From positions 199,764,001 through 199,828,000 of the forward strand of contig OZ024742.1 of NCBI GenBank assembly GCA_964016885.1: a DNA stretch of 64,000 bases. The letters run 5' to 3'. Below, piece after piece: positions 27,000 to 41,400 of this stretch. The notes under the pieces were generated by a model. The model saw only the letters and a program-made list of their open reading frames with translations, did not search any database and was not told the origin of the DNA. This stretch comes from Eledone cirrhosa (taxonomy: Eukaryota). Made by a program: the position numbers and the translations under genes. Every line of letters starts with the position of its first letter. Position 1 is the stretch's first letter.

Positions 27000-29399
27000 T
27001 GTCAAGCCTCAAATCAAAACGCTAAAAATGGTTGAATAGTAGCAAATAAATGTTCAGTTTTGAACTGTTGTAATTTTTGTACAATGTACTTGTTGCTGTT
27101 GCAAGCTGCAAGTATATGTTGCCATTTAAAATTTTAGTTTTTTTGTCAAACCACTTCATTACTTTGGATTCATGAATGTTGTTAAAACATTTCTATGTAC
27201 ATCGTATGTTTCTAAATTTAAGTAACAAATTCTTCTACAATAAATTTTATTAAATGACTTTAATTAGTTGTAATGTCCACAATTAGTTGTCGTGTGCGGC
27301 CCTCAGACAACAGATATGTGACCCATGCGGCCCTTGGGGAACCCTCAGTTTGACATGCCTGATAGAGACAGTTTGATGACAGCTAAATTCAAGACAACAA
27401 CAACTTGACACCTCTTTTTGTTGACAATTTATGGTATATCTGGCTGCAATGTCTGTACAGTTCCGACTTTGAGATAAGTGTCGATCAGTCACCCTTGTTC
27501 TCTGAGAAGTTTTTGTTAATTTCATGAAGGAAAATAATTATTTACACATATAGGTAGAACCAAACATTCTCATAATCTTTGTGGCAAACTTTCTGAAGTT
27601 TTTAAACTTTTCAGGAAGGTATGGAAAGAAACCAAGTATCCCCACTTCAAGATTCTTTGCTCTGAGTGTAGGATCTGACTGAGTTTCCAATAGATCCATA
27701 TGCAGGCTTTCTTCTGCTTTGGCAACATCAAAAGTGAATGGTGCTGAGAATAATGCAAACCGATGTTAAAAAGATGAGAAATCACAAAATCTCTCCTGAA
27801 ATTCCTTTGACAACAATTCTAGGTGACTGCCATACTTAGCAAAGCTAAGTACAGACTCAGTATTGGCAGTGTTTTTCAGCTCTTTGCACGTAGGAAAATG
27901 AACTAAATTTTCATTTGACCACTTTGACTTCCATAAGCTTAGTTTTGTAATGAAGCACTTGATGTCATCATACAACTGAGTGATGACTTTGTTTTTACCT
28001 TGTAATTTCAAATTAAGATCAGTTAATTGTGCAGTAATATCCACAGCAAAAGCCAGATCTTGGAGCTAACTTTCATCTTTTATTTCATCTGTGTTTTGAC
28101 CTTTCGTCTCCAAAAACATAATTATTTCTTGTTTCAACAAATGGAATCTTTTCGGCACTTTGTGACATGCCAATCTTCTGTGTAGAATGGAACATCGATG
28201 AACTGAGTATCCATATCTTCCAACAACTGACTGAACTGACGGCGGTTGTGAGCACGGCTTCTGATATAGTTCACTGTCTTTGTGACCAAGCTAAGCACAT
28301 GATGCAATTTTAAAATCTTTGAACACAAATTTTGCTGATACAGTGAAAATGTGCAAATGATGAATCTGGATGCGAGTTTTCTATTTTTGTTCGTAACTTG
28401 GCAGCAACACCATTATATCTGCCAACCATATTCGAAGCACCATTAGTAGATAAGCATGCAAGTTTACTCAAATGAAAAGCATAGTCATGCAGAAACTGCA
28501 CGACCTTCTCAAAGATGTCCTGGCTTGCAGGGGGACCAGTTCAATCAGTTCTTCATAAATATTAAATTCACTGTCACAGGCTCTGATGAAGAATGCAAGC
28601 TGTACTATACCAGTGATGTCAACAGTCTCATCAATAACAATAGAAAAATATTCAAACCTTGATGATATAGCCTTCAACTGTTGTTTCAGATCACCTAACA
28701 TTTCAGCAATCCGTTCAGCAACAGTGTTCCTGGTTAATGAAATGTCTTTGAATAACTGTGCTTTCTCTGAACATACAATTTCAGCTGTTTTTACAAAATC
28801 TCCTTTACTGTAAGATTTCCCACTCATGGCGATCATTCGGCTGAGTTCATAGCTTGCAGTAACGGAAGCGACATTCTCTTCCTGAATTTTCATAAAACAC
28901 GTCTGTTGCTGTGTCAAGTTAGACTTCAATTCCTTGAGGCTTGAAGCACGCATTAAGCCTTTATATTTATCGTAAGATCGATGGGTCGTTTCATAATGCC
29001 TTTTTAAATTGTACTCTTTTGGCGTGGCGATGCAGTTGTGGCATATTACACAGTGTATCTTTCAGTTCACCCTTGTGCAAAACTACTGTAATTCCCACTC
29101 TTTTTTAAACACTCGCCCTTCTTCGTTCAATTTTCTCTTAGCTGGAGGGGCAATAGCCATTCTAAAAGCAAAAACTTTTGAAATTTTGAAAGAATGTTTT
29201 CTGTTTACAACTGTTAATAAGCTGTGCGTGATTCGCAAAAAAAAAACAAAAAAAAAACAAAAACAAAAAACAATCATATCGAAATTTTTTAAAATTAGGA
29301 AGATAAAACATGCTCGCACTGTAAAAACCTTTCTGCGGACCGCAGGTGTGCTTGCAAAGGGCTGCATACGGCCCGCGGGCCTCATGTTTGACATGCCTG
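27000..29399 (-). mobile_element. hAT DNA transposon (Charlie/SPIN/GTF2IRD2-like transposase), decayed, 3' end inverted
   Basis: TIR CAGGCATGTCAAAC. Fragments KRKLNEEGRVFKKEWE, ISLTRNTVAERI, FSIVIDETVDITG..QLAFFIR, STNGASNMVG, HFHCI, LNLKLQGK, HFPT, MFGSTY. 8-bp TSD ATATAGAC/ATAGAGAC. Confidence 0.9.
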
Positions 29400-29876
29400 G
29401 TCTATATCGCCCTTCCTCAGAGTTCCGTTTATTACTTCCACTATCTGTTGAAATTTAGCTACGCTTAGACTATTGTTTGGTGCAGATCAATACAACACAC
29501 TTGAAGGGTTATCCTTTCGTAATTTACGACCCTAATTCTGTGGGGGTACATGAGTCCAGATTCGCTAATTGACACATAGATAGCACTTCACCCCAGAAAA
29601 TGAAAACACGACGGCTGGAAAAGATCTTTTTAGGAACTTATATGTCTGCCGGGCGCACGAACAGAAGGACGTGTTTTTCTCCCTGCGGCATTTCACAAAA
29701 TCGAATTTCATCTGAAAATACCGTTCTCATTACAACAACAAATGCATGAATTACATCTTGGATTGCATGGGAGAACCGTTGAAATAATTATTATGAATAA
29801 ACGATTTATGTAACATCAACATCTTTCTTAATGTTATTCTTATATAATAAGTAATATTCGCAAACTTTGACAAAGC

Positions 29877-30006
<130 letters not shown>

Positions 30007-30257
30007 AATATGTGTGTGTATAGATTTGTCAAAGTTTGCGAATATTACTTATTCAATCTGTTTGGGAAACAATGCGTTATGTACCAATGTTAGATAGAAA
30101 ATACATTTTTCTACTCTGATAGACATTTCAATAAACTCTGACCGAAACATTGTCTGCAAGGAACTAAATTCATATTGATTGCAAAGACACTGGCGGATTG
30201 AAATAAATGGGCGAATAAAAGTGCCGACAGTTCTCTAATAATAATAATAATATTAAT

Positions 30258-30440
30258 AATAATTGTTTCTACTTTTGGCACAAAGCCAGCTATTACCCCA
30301 GTGTATTACTGGTACTTTATTTTTTCGACCCCGTAAGGATGAAAGGCAAAGTTAACGTCTGCGGGATTTGAACTCAGAATGGCAAGGGCCGTAACTCAAT
30401 GCGTCAAAGCATGGCGTGCGACCCTCTACCGATACTGTAA
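30258..30440 (-). mobile_element. tRNA-derived SINE
   Basis: Main SINE family, embedded in (AAT)n. Confidence 0.85.
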
Positions 30441-30519
30441 TAATAATAACACTCTCTTTTTCTCCTGCATACACGCTGTTACTATATCCTTTCCACTGCG
30501 TGACCGAAATTTTGAAAAG

Positions 30520-30780
30520 TAGTTCGTCTTTTTGTTTTCTCTGTTAACACGAACATTCAGTACAGAATCGAAGAGATCAGATACAATAACAATATCAATT
30601 ATTGGCTCCTGTCACCGATTTTCCTTATGCCATGTATACTTATGGATATATTTATGCTGGAAAGTGTTCATAATAGAGAGCACATTACTAGAACAGAAGT
30701 CTAAGGTCTCTCCGTTTGCATTTAGGCCGGGGTCACCGCTCCTTCCAATCACTTCTTTCTATGTCTGGCGGTTAGTATTT
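30520..30780 (-). pseudogene. RTE-clade LINE APE endonuclease fragment
   Basis: Manual translation: VIGRSGDPGLNANGETLDFCSSNVLSIMNTFQHKYIHKYTW..IIDIVIVSDL..VLNVRV. Confidence 0.7.
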
Positions 30781-31059
30781 AGCACCTCTAAAAAAAAGAC
30801 TAGTTTACACGATATCTGAGAAAATTACCAAATTGGTGACTGGCACGAATAAGACTACCAAAAACTGTAGTAGGATAACGTGCAATAAACGCAATCACGT
30901 CACATTGTATTTCTCGCAGGTTAACAAGGGACGTGTTGGGACATTAAGTGGAGGGGCCGGTTCAAAAATGTGTATTGCAGTCACCATCTAACGTCGAAAA
31001 AAACTGATGATGGATCTGCGACCTGTCCTGGGAGGGGTGGGGCTGATACAGACGAAATA

Positions 31060-32430
31060 GGAAGTTGTAAAATAGAGCCCATCCTAATTAACAGAGGAAT
31101 ATTTCAAGAAGACTCCTTCATATCAAATCCACTTGCACTAAGCATTCACACAATTAACTGAGATGTTAAACAAGACTGACCATAGATACAAATTCTCCGG
31201 CAAGAAAATCCAGCTATTTCATGTATATGGAAACATTACTTCATACAGTACACGGATTTATAAAAGAAATAGATTACAAAAATACTCCAAGGCAACCTTG
31301 TAGTGAAGCAAACTATTTAAGATCACTAATATCGCGCCAAATAAAAGAAAATACTGAGACAAGAGAATTAGATCAAACACAGACGTGCAAATACTTAGGA
31401 ATCAATGCAATAATACACACAAATGATAGAAAATGTTCGAAAGGAATACTATATGCGATTTAGATTACTACTTAAAACAAAACTAAATGTAAAGAATAAC
31501 ATAATAGGCATCACTCCTCAAGCGGTTCCTGCAATAAGCTACAGTTTTAATATTTGTAACTGGACACTAAAAGAATTAACACGACTAGACAGAAAAAGAA
31601 ACAAGAAAAATAATGACTGCATTTAAAATACACCACACAAAATCAAATCTAGAATGATTATATTTATCACGAACATTGTGGCTTTATGCAACTAGAAAAC
31701 TATTATAAAATAACCACTATATGACTACACAAATTCCCAATCAAGAATAATGGAGATTTAATACAAATAGCTATGAGGCATGATAAAACACAAGTTGAAT
31801 AGATAAAAATTATGAAGAGAACGAAAAAAAAAGCAGAAACAACATAAATAGTGAAAAAACACCATCCTAAAGCAATGGCAAGAAAAACACCTCTATCGCC
31901 AATGACTAAAAAGCTGAATAGAGAGGAAGTAGACGAGGAAAACTTACAACACTGGTTAAGAAGCCAAAGCCGAGTTTGAAGGATTCTTAACTGCAGCACA
32001 AGATGAAAGTCACCTAAAGTACACACTGAAGCAGAACACAGTAAATAACTGTTGAATGTGTGGTGATAGGGACGAAACAATTAATCACGTTGTTTCTAGC
32101 TTCCCTGTTATCCCCAAAAGACATAGCAAAATTGTGTACGCTGGAAGTTATGCCAACACTACGAAATTCTACAAGAAAAGAGAAAATGACAAAGCAACCA
32201 TACCCTGGGTTAAGCCAATACATACAAAGAGTCGAAGACCATAAAGAAATGAAATGCCCCTAACTGATGTATCAATCCCCACAGACGACAACTATACACA
32301 TATCAAAGAAATGGAAAAATTATCCGAATGTAGATGTTGAAAAGAAACAATACTTATAACAATGGGTGCTCTGTGAATGATAGAAAACACTCAGACAGAT
32401 ATATAACCAAAACGCTAGGACTTACAGTAG
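31060..32430 (+). pseudogene. Highly decayed non-LTR retrotransposon (R4/Dong-like RT plus C-terminal domain)
   Basis: ILINRGIFQEDS, CKYLGI, RKEYYMRFRLLLKTKLN..AVPAISYSF..NWTLKELTRLDRK, CGDRDETINHVVS, DVSIP. Confidence 0.7.
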
Positions 32431-32668
32431 TAAGATACTCCCAGGAGAGCTGAACAGCAGAAGTTCTTCAGAGTAGAATCCTCCACCCACTCAAGTGAGT
32501 GTTTCGGCCCTTAACTTCTTACACTCTTAGGGAGCCGGGTCGCATCCTGGGTGCCCTTCTTACAAGTACATACAACATGTAGAAAATAGCACTTCGAGGC
32601 ATTGCACCAATATTATGTAGAGTACTTTCAATACAATAAAAAACAACACAAGGCGCATAGAGCTGTAC

Positions 32669-33031
32669 CGTATGTTTAATTACCGTATGTTTAATTTAAA
32701 ACATTTTGAAGACCTTGCGCTATCATTTTAAAGTAGTAACTATGTCACTTACTTCTTTTTTCCCGGCAAAGGAAGGGAGAGAAGCTGACAGATTCTGTTT
32801 CACACTGTTGGTGTTCCTCAGAGCAAATTATAGAGGCTGGATTCTTATAGAATTCCAGTAATAAACCGGTCCAGCAAAAATAAAAAATTTGGGATTGGTG
32901 CTCTGAAATAGCGATGTATATTCCTTTGCTGAAAAAAGAGATAAGTGACATAGTCACTACTTTAAAATGATAGCGCAAGGTGTTCAAAATGTTTTTAATT
33001 AAACATACGGTATATTGCCAAATATACTATA
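32669..33031. mobile_element. MITE with ~70-bp terminal inverted repeats
   Basis: TACCGTATGTTTAATT..ATGTCACTTA (32681-32751) is inverted at 32942-33012. A related single end lies at 15449-15545. Confidence 0.7.
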
Positions 33032-33045
33032 CATACATACATACA

Positions 33046-33106
<61 letters not shown>

Positions 33107-33369
33107 CTAATACATTCTCTGGACATTCAGGCGGCTGCATCCTTCGTTGAAGAGCCGCCGGTATCGAGGAGTTTAAGATCTGCCATGCAAAAGATATTGA
33201 GTTAACATCTTTCCAAGCACATACACACATATAAACTCATACACACGCGCATGCATACACACATGCATACACACGCACACAGTTATATGTATGTATCTAT
33301 ATATGAACTTATACATATGTGTGTCTGTGTATGGCTATCTCTGAATACATAGACAACTGCACCAACGAG

Positions 33370-33408
<39 letters not shown>

Positions 33409-33411
33409 GCG

Positions 33412-33530
<119 letters not shown>

Positions 33531-34059
33531 TCTCTATATAAAAGGTGGTTATTAAATTGAGTATGAAATTCACAAATAAATATAATTACTATATCAACTT
33601 ATATACCTGGAAGTGATATATTGTTGATAACTGTTTGACCATGAAATTGTAATAGAAAATCGTTGACCAAGAAATTTGGTATATATATAGCAAAATTACA
33701 TGTGTACATTAATTATTAACAGGAATAAGTTTAAAAGATATGTGATGCGATTTCAACCCTCGGTTCAATCCATTCGTTTCCTACAAACTTACTGGCGTTT
33801 GAAATATTTTTCTGTTTGGGTTATTAAGTTCAACTTACAACTACATGGCTTTAAGATGGGAGCCACTATGCGATACCTTGATCAGATCTCTTATACTGTA
33901 AAATCAAGTTACTGAATAACTAATGACTATAATTTGGTAGACGGAAACATCCCTATCATCCGTTAGTAATAATAAAAATAATAAATAATTTAAAACACCA
34001 GAATGCAAAAAAAAAGAACCAGAAGACCAACATGTAATTCCTATTTATCGAATTAATGT

Positions 34060-34340
34060 TCACTCAATGCTACTTCTTTTAATTGAGAGATCACAGCTCA
34101 GGTACTATCGACATGTGGTTAGAATGTCTTGGGGAAAGAATCGCTGGACAGATTTTACAGACAAAACCAACTGGCAGGAGACTCAAAACCAGCTGGCAAG
34201 ATGGTTGGATAACATTCATGAGCTTGGCTGGTCACGCTTGGGGATCCAACCGAATCAGTTGGAGACGGTTACGTCTGACAGGACCCGCTGGAAGGAGTGT
34301 TTGAAGATTCTTCCCCCACGATCCTCTCAGGAATAAGTGG
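34060..34340 (+). pseudogene. RTE (Expander/Rex3-like) LINE 3' fragment
   Basis: LLLIERSQLRYYRHVVRM..LGWSRLGI..DRTRWKECLKILPPRS*. Confidence 0.75.
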
Positions 34341-34920
34341 GCGAAGAAAGGGTTCACTTAAGGGTAATCGTCTCGAAAAATCAGTTATCTTTCCAGTCTC
34401 AATTAAATCTAACATTAATTTGAACGGCTTTGATTGAATGGAAGTAACTAATCTAAACCAGGATAATGCCACCATAACTTCCCATTCAGGAGTTTACAGA
34501 GACCATTCAACACTAACATCACTACTTACATTAAGTGTCTGTTCCAAATGAAAGAACCAATTGAAACAAAATTTCCTTGGTTCGATCAGGAAACATCGAC
34601 TTCATTCACCGGTTTCAATTAAATTAAGGATTTTAGCTAAAGGATTGAAGTTTATGCTTTTTGCGTTGCCTTGTGATATTCTATTTATGTGATATTCATC
34701 TTTGGTAAATTCCCCTTATTTCTTTAATGACTTGGGCAATATTTGGTTTTTCATGTTGTGTTATACGGACAAAACTTCCCGATGCGTGGCATCACGTATT
34801 CTAGGTAGATAGTTTCGGAGTTTAAAGTTGAGAGAGGACGGGAGAAGGTGGAGTACGGCCTATTATTAGCTATATAGACGTATAAATATAAGTCTATATA
34901 GCTAATAATAGCTATATAGC

Positions 34921-35335
34921 TAATAATTGTTTCTACTTTAGGCACAAGGCCAGCAATAACCCAGTGCATACTGGTACTTTATTTTATCGACCCCGTAAGG
35001 ATGAAAGGCAAAGTTAACCTCGGCGGGATTTGAACTCAGAATGGCAAGGGCAGTAACTCTATGCGTCAAAGCATGGCGTCCAACCCTCTACCGATACTGC
35101 CAAATAATAACGGTCTCAAATTTCGGTTTCTAATATAGACAGAAAGCCAGCGATTTTGTTTAGGGGGGGGGGGAGTCAATAAATCGACCTCAGTACATTA
35201 CTGGTACTTTATTTTATCGACCCCGTAAGGATGAAAGGCAAAGCCAACCTCGGTGGGATTTGAACTCAGAACGTAAAGGGGCGTAACTATATGCTGCAAA
35301 GCATGGCGTGTGACCCTCTACCTATACTGCCAAAT
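34921..35335 (-). mobile_element. Two tandem tRNA-derived SINE copies (34921-35103; ~35120-35333)
   Basis: Both match the main SINE. Each is followed on the plus strand by AATAATAACGGTCTCAAAT. Confidence 0.85.
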
Positions 35336-35509
35336 AATAACGGTCTCAAATGTTGACACAGGGTCAACAGAGGATGTAATGTAAATTTGAGAGCAGTGTG
35401 ATTTGAACTCAGAATAAATATGGCAAACCAATTTGTTACCCCAAAACTATTCTCCTTTGAACAAAAGAAATATAATTACTCTATCTCAAATTCACCTAAA
35501 ACTGCTGCA

Positions 35510-35653
35510 ACACCCACCAGTTGTCATCGTCATTAACATCCACCTCCTCCTCCTTCTCCTCCTCCTCCTTCACGTCATCGTCATCGTCAACATCATCATC
35601 ATCAGCAACATCAGCGTCATCCTCCTCGTCAACCGCATCATCATCACCACCAC

Positions 35654-35711
<58 letters not shown>

Positions 35712-35855
35712 TTCACCACCACCACCGCCGCCGCCGCCGTCGCCACGACCACGACAACGGGTGCGACCACGACCTACAACGCCAACACCACCAGCACCAC
35801 CACCGTCGCCACGACGCCGACGACCACTACCACCACCACCACCACCACCACCATA
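35510..35855. repeat. Compound trinucleotide microsatellite (CAT/CAC/CTC/CGC)
   Basis: Directly visible; it explains the poly-S/P/I/M ORFs. Confidence 0.9.
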
Positions 35856-35919
35856 GAAACATGATGAACTGAAAATGAATATTTGTGTATTTATTATTAT
35901 TATTTATTATTATTATTAT

Positions 35920-36078
35920 GTTTATTTTATATTTTTATATTTTCATTGTTAAATTAGTCTTGCCATTGTGCACTTTTACTCCACCTTATTGTAAACCCCC
36001 ACTGTCCCTCTCTTTGTATTGTCCCCTACATGTCGGCCCTGGTGGCTAATAAATGAAATCATTATTATTATTATTATT
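35920..36078 (+). mobile_element. 3'-UTR remnant of another Tx1-like LINE
   Basis: TGTAAACCCCCACTGTC..TGTATTGTCCCCTACATGTCGGCC..AATAAATGAAATC(ATT)n resembles the 3' end of the 8309-9318 copy. Confidence 0.65.
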
Positions 36079-36294
36079 GAATGCTATGGTTGACGGAGGC
36101 TCGGCTCTGTAAGGTATTGTAAATTTTGACCGCTATAACAATTGTAAATTGTTTAAAACTTTAACCAGCTTGTAGACAAAAACACCCTCCTCCTCGTGAG
36201 AGGGGTCTTTCTGCCCGTTATTTGGCCCTTCGGGGTTAAATAACCGCCTATTGGGGTTTTGTGCCCAAAATTTTATTTTAAACAAAAAAACAAC

Positions 36295-36657
36295 ATGGCT
36301 ACGAAAAAGAATTTTCATAGGTCACTCCCACTCATTCCGTCTTCTTCTTCCTCAATCGTCACTACAGCAGAGAGAAGATTGTCTCTCTCCCTCCCTTCTC
36401 TAAATGTGTCTCTCTCCCTCCCTTCTCTTTCGCAAGCGACGCCAGAAAAGAAAAATCACGTGCAAAGCGAGCAAGATTTCTCCACGACGACGACGACAAC
36501 GACGAAAAGGGTGTGCGGGAAATACGAAAACCCATTTCATTCGTCTGACGTCAGGAATAATAGCAGTAGCAGCCGTAATAACAACAGCAACAGTGACAAT
36601 GAAAACAACAGTAGCAGCCGCAACAGCATCAGCAGCAGCATAAACAACAACAGCATT

Positions 36658-36688
<31 letters not shown>

Positions 36689-38460
36689 ACAACCACAGCA
36701 ACAGCGGCGGCGGCAGTAGTCGTAGTACCTGCAGCAACAACAAAAGTAACAGCAGCTCTGACGACAACAACAACAACAACAGCAGCAAAGAAAAACCAAT
36801 CTCGTTTGCAGGTATCGCAAAGAACCTGGAAACCATGCTCATAACAAATGAGGAATTAGAGGGAGCGAAGAAGATGGTAACAAAAACTGAACACCGAGCA
36901 ATCTGCAAGGCAGCCGAAAAATTTTTCGAAACCCAACAGCACTGTACGGTCACGTACCGTACAGTAAGTACAAAATCCCGTAGGGTTGAAAGAGCCACAG
37001 AGGCTCAAATACAAAAAGCCTTAGGGTCTGTGTGGCAGCGGAAAACGCACATCACCCGAGGCAAGAAATATGCCACCGTAGACGTACTTTTTGCCACACC
37101 CCAGGAGGCAAAGGCTCAATCCTTAGTGACCCTAAGGAGAGAGGAAATGGTGTTGGTGCCCTCCTACTGCGGACAAAAAATTGTGAGGGTCAAACTGACC
37201 CACGTACCCCCCGGGATGGCCCCTTCTTGGCTGGCCGCGTCTGTCCTCGTCGGAATCGAGGACAAAACAACTGTACTGCAAGTACAGAAAAAAGTAAGAG
37301 AAGATTGGATCGGCACCTCCATTGAGTTGTTAATCCAAACCAACCAGGAGTGCATCGAAGCTATCCCGGGTGTGATAGACTTCGATAACGGCACTCAACT
37401 GCCCATAAGTGTTGAGGGTAAACGCCCGAAATGCTTTCGCTGTGGATCGAAGACTCACCTCAGGGCCTTCTGCAACGAGAAGACCCTGAGAAAGGAGAAA
37501 ACCCCCCTCCTTCCGAAACCGGCTCCACGGCTACCAGCAACAGGACAAGCGGCAACCAGGAACGATAGGTCCGTGGCACCCATACCACGCCACGGAAATA
37601 AAAAACAGCAGCAGCAGTGGAAGTATTAACAACAACAACAACAACAGCAATACCAAATGCAGCTGCAACAGAGACTCCAGTGCAAACATCACCAACAACA
37701 AGTGAAAGAGTGGAGCTGGTACTCCTCCCCGACCTCACAGAATCAGACATGGAGTGTGAGGTGGGAGAGGGATGGCAAAAGGTCGTAAGAAGGCACAAAC
37801 GTAGAAGCAGCGCATCGTCGCCTTCGAAAAGGGAGGAAAGAAATGAAAGAAGGGTAAAGGCTACTGCAAAGAGACTCACAGCAGCAACACCACCAACACC
37901 ATCACCACCCATGCTGGCACCACCATCACCACCGGTGACAACGCCACCGCCAACAACAACAACAACAACACCTTCAACACCACCACCACCACAAACACCA
38001 ACTTCGCAAACACAACAACAAAACACACACACCCAGCAACAACGCCAAGAAAATAGCAGAACCACACTCCACCCCCAGAAAAACAAATGCACGGCAATAA
38101 ATACACACAACAAGAAACTAATGACTTACATAATTTAACACAGACATTTCACAACAAGACTACATAATACCAGCACCAATCAAAACGCCAACTAACATAA
38201 GACTGCTAAAATTAGCACAGAAACAATACACAAACATTAAAACGAAATTCCCCAACACAGTTGGTGATTTCAGAGACCTAGGAGGGACTCTCAACCGAAG
38301 AGTATATTCGGACATACTCATAGAAGAGTCGACGACCAGCCGAAGGGACGATTCAACGGTCCTCTCACCAGACGATCAAGTGAAAAGGGATGGAAAAACC
38401 ATCCTTCCTCTACGAAAAGTACGGTAAGTGGTCTTTCCCATCTTTCCCACTCTATTTTAA
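36295..38460 (+). pseudogene. Tx1-like ORF1 (gag-like, CCHC zinc knuckle), frameshifted near 37620
   Basis: ATG at 36295. CFRCGSKTHLRAFC knuckle. N/S-rich and T/P-rich low-complexity tracts. GWQKVVRR in the shifted frame 37617-38138. The 3' limit is inferred from a stop just before ORF2. Confidence 0.8.
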
Positions 38461-38462
38461 AC

Positions 38463-41400
38463 ATGACCACACTCAGAATAGGCAGCATAAATGCGCGTGG
38501 CTTGGGGTCGTCATGGAAGCAGGGTCACCTGCTCAACGACCTCAGGTCACTAAACATAGATGTAGTGGCCATCAGCGAGACCAGAATCTCCGAAGCACGG
38601 GCCTTCGCACCGATCTTCGGCGGCTACGATGTGTACGCATCTCCCAGCCGTCCTGGAACGTGGGGAGGAGTTGCTGTGCTTTTTCGGAGAGGTTTGGATC
38701 TCGCAATACGGGACATCTTCTTGGACCCAGAGGGTAAGTTGGTGGTGCTGGACGTAACATGCGGAGACGGGCAAGCTTTCAGGCTAGTGGCCGTCTATGC
38801 CCCGACAGGAGCAGGGAGGCCTGATTTCCTCCGGCGTCTGGAGACCTTTCTTGGAACGTCCCGCTCTTTAGTGTTAGTGGGCGACTGGAACGGGATCTTA
38901 GATGCACGCTGGGACTGTGTGGGATTAGCGGATAGGGATGGAGGGTGCAAGAGCCTCACGAACCTGCTCAGGCGTTTTGAACTGTCTGACAGGTACCGAT
39001 TGGATTTCCCGAATATGCCAATGTGGACTTGGACAAATCGCATATGGTCATCCAGATCATATTATAGATAGAGTATTTTATAGGGAAATAGATAGGTCTA
39101 GCATAGGCTGTCCACAATTCAAGATAGTCAGCTACACGGACCACAAATTCGTGATCTGTGTGCTTGACTTAGATAGGCTTCATAGACGAGGACCCGGCTA
39201 CTGGAAGCTAAACGCGTCCTTACCAGCGCGCAAGGCCTACAGAGACCGGATTAGCGAACTAGTTAAGCGGGCGTTGACGGGGGCCATCGTCAACAAGTGG
39301 TGGTTTGCTCTGAAAAGAGCAATTAGAATAGAATCGATTAGGTTTAGTAAGGCTTTAGCAATAGAGAAAAATAGAGCAGAGGGAGACCAATTCTTCAATG
39401 CAAAGCACGAAGGCTGCGTTGTCAGAGCTAGGGTGCGTGCTCTCAGACACGAAGGGACGAAAGCCGTTCAATGGGCCCGAGTGACGGAGGCGCGTCGTGG
39501 CAACAAAGCCACGATCCGGTCTTTGGTGGACCACGACGGGCGCATGCTACTCGATCCCGGGCAAATGTGTGAAGCTTTTCAGCGAAAACTTCGCTCAGCT
39601 GTTCGGGGGCAGCGGTGGGCCGGGTCGAGGGATGGACTTTAGTGTCTACCTCGACGGACTGCCACGGCTCTCGGCCACTGAGGCGGAGTGTTGCGAAAAG
39701 CCAATAACAGCCGCTGAAGTAAGGAAGGCAATGACTGGCTGCACAAGGGGTAAATCGCCTGGTTTGGATGGTCTGCCCTATGAACTTTACGTACAGATGC
39801 CAGAATTGTTCGGAGGCCTCCTGGTGGACGTCTACTGCAACTGGCAACAGAACGGGAGAATTCCCAGCTCTATGAGCCGAGGAGCGGTGGCACTCCTGAG
39901 AAAGGATCCGAACAAGGGGGATAACATAGATAATTTCAGGCCCATAACTCTGCTAAACACAGAGTTCAAGATTTTGGCCAAGGTGCTAGCAAAGAGGTTG
40001 GCGCTTGTCGTTGGTGGTCTGGTGGGAGAGGCGCAGACATGCGCCAATCCCGACAGATCCATCCACGACAACCTCCACCTCATGCGATACATCGTAGAGA
40101 GGGTAGCTAGGTAACCTGGCACGGGTGGGTCCCTGATCAATTTAGATCAGTCGAAAGCTTTCGATAGGGTCGACCATCGTTACCTAGCGGCAGTCCTAAG
40201 GGCGGCTGGCTTTGGGCCCGTCTTCAGAGGCTGGATCGCTGCCATGCACAGCGACATCTGCTCTGTAGTGAGAGTGAACGGTCACCTTTCGGAACCGTTC
40301 AACATCATGCGCTCGGTCCGCCAAGGATGTCCACTCTCGTCCCTCTTGTACGTATTGACTCTCGAGCCATTACTGCACAAACTGGAGACGTTGAGGGGCG
40401 TCCCGCGCGAACTAGGATGCGGAAGATCCGTATCAGCATATGCGGACAATGTCACCGTAGTGGTGTCGAACGCCAAACACATCGAGGCGATCAGCACTAC
40501 ACTAAGAGAATACGAAGCGGTGACAGGAGCAATGATCAACCAGGAAAAGTCAGTGGGCCTGCAGCTCGGCACCTGGAGAGGCAAGTCCATGCCGTCCAAC
40601 AGCGTCGTCGGACGCTGGACGGACGGACCGGTTAAATTGCTAGGGGTCTGGTTCGGTCCGGACCTCCAGACGGACAAAAACTGGCACGAGGTGACGAGCA
40701 GGGTGGCTTCTCTCACCCGGAAATGGGCGGAGAGGAAGCTATCCCTGAAAGGTCGAGCGAAGGTGGCTAACGCGTACATCGCGTCTGTCATCTGCTACCG
40801 CCTGACCGTCGTACCTTGTCCTAAGCCCCGACTGACTGCGCTGGAGCGTTTGCTCTTTCGCCTGACCATCGGAGAGCGTCCCGCTCTCCGATGGTCAGGC
40901 GGTCCATCTGCTGTCAACACCCGCTACGTGGAGGGCTGGGAATGCCGTGGCTGATGATGCGCAGACACGCGCTCAGGCTACGACATCTCCACCTCTTCCT
41001 CGACGGTGATCAGGTGTGGTCGCCGTTTGCTAGACACGTATTTCCCCAGCTCGTTTCCTTGACGGAGCTGCAGTCCTGGGTCAAGCGAAGACCGAGAGGG
41101 AGCGCCTGGAGACTGGAATGTCTTCAGGCGCTCACAGCCCTCGACCAATCGGGCAATGTGATCGGTGGAAACTCCACCTCGGCGTTCTATAGAGGATTAG
41201 TGGAGGGGAAGAGCGACGACGTACTTGGGGAAACTCTAGGCGTCGACGAAAATCAACTAGCCAATCTCTTCGGAAGAACTTTCGAGGCGGACCTATGGAC
41301 AACTTCCAGAAATCTCTGGCCTGGCAGTGCTACCGTGGAGCATTGCCAGTTCGGGATAAACTCTACAGGCATGGAGGTGCCGTCAGCCGGGCATGTCCGA

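Noticed and set aside
27540-29160. Domesticated host gene of the GTF2IRD2/ZBED type
   Set aside because: Multiple stops and frameshifts together with TIRs and a TSD indicate a dead transposon copy.
29638-29711. Possible terminal host exon on the minus strand (TTTTCAG|..EIRFCEMPQGEKHVLLFVRPADI*)
   Set aside because: Only an acceptor-like site and 24 codons; no recognisable homology or partner exons. RNA-seq would be needed.
35433-35864. Ser/Pro-rich, poly-Ile or poly-Met proteins
   Set aside because: A trinucleotide microsatellite that is open in several frames.
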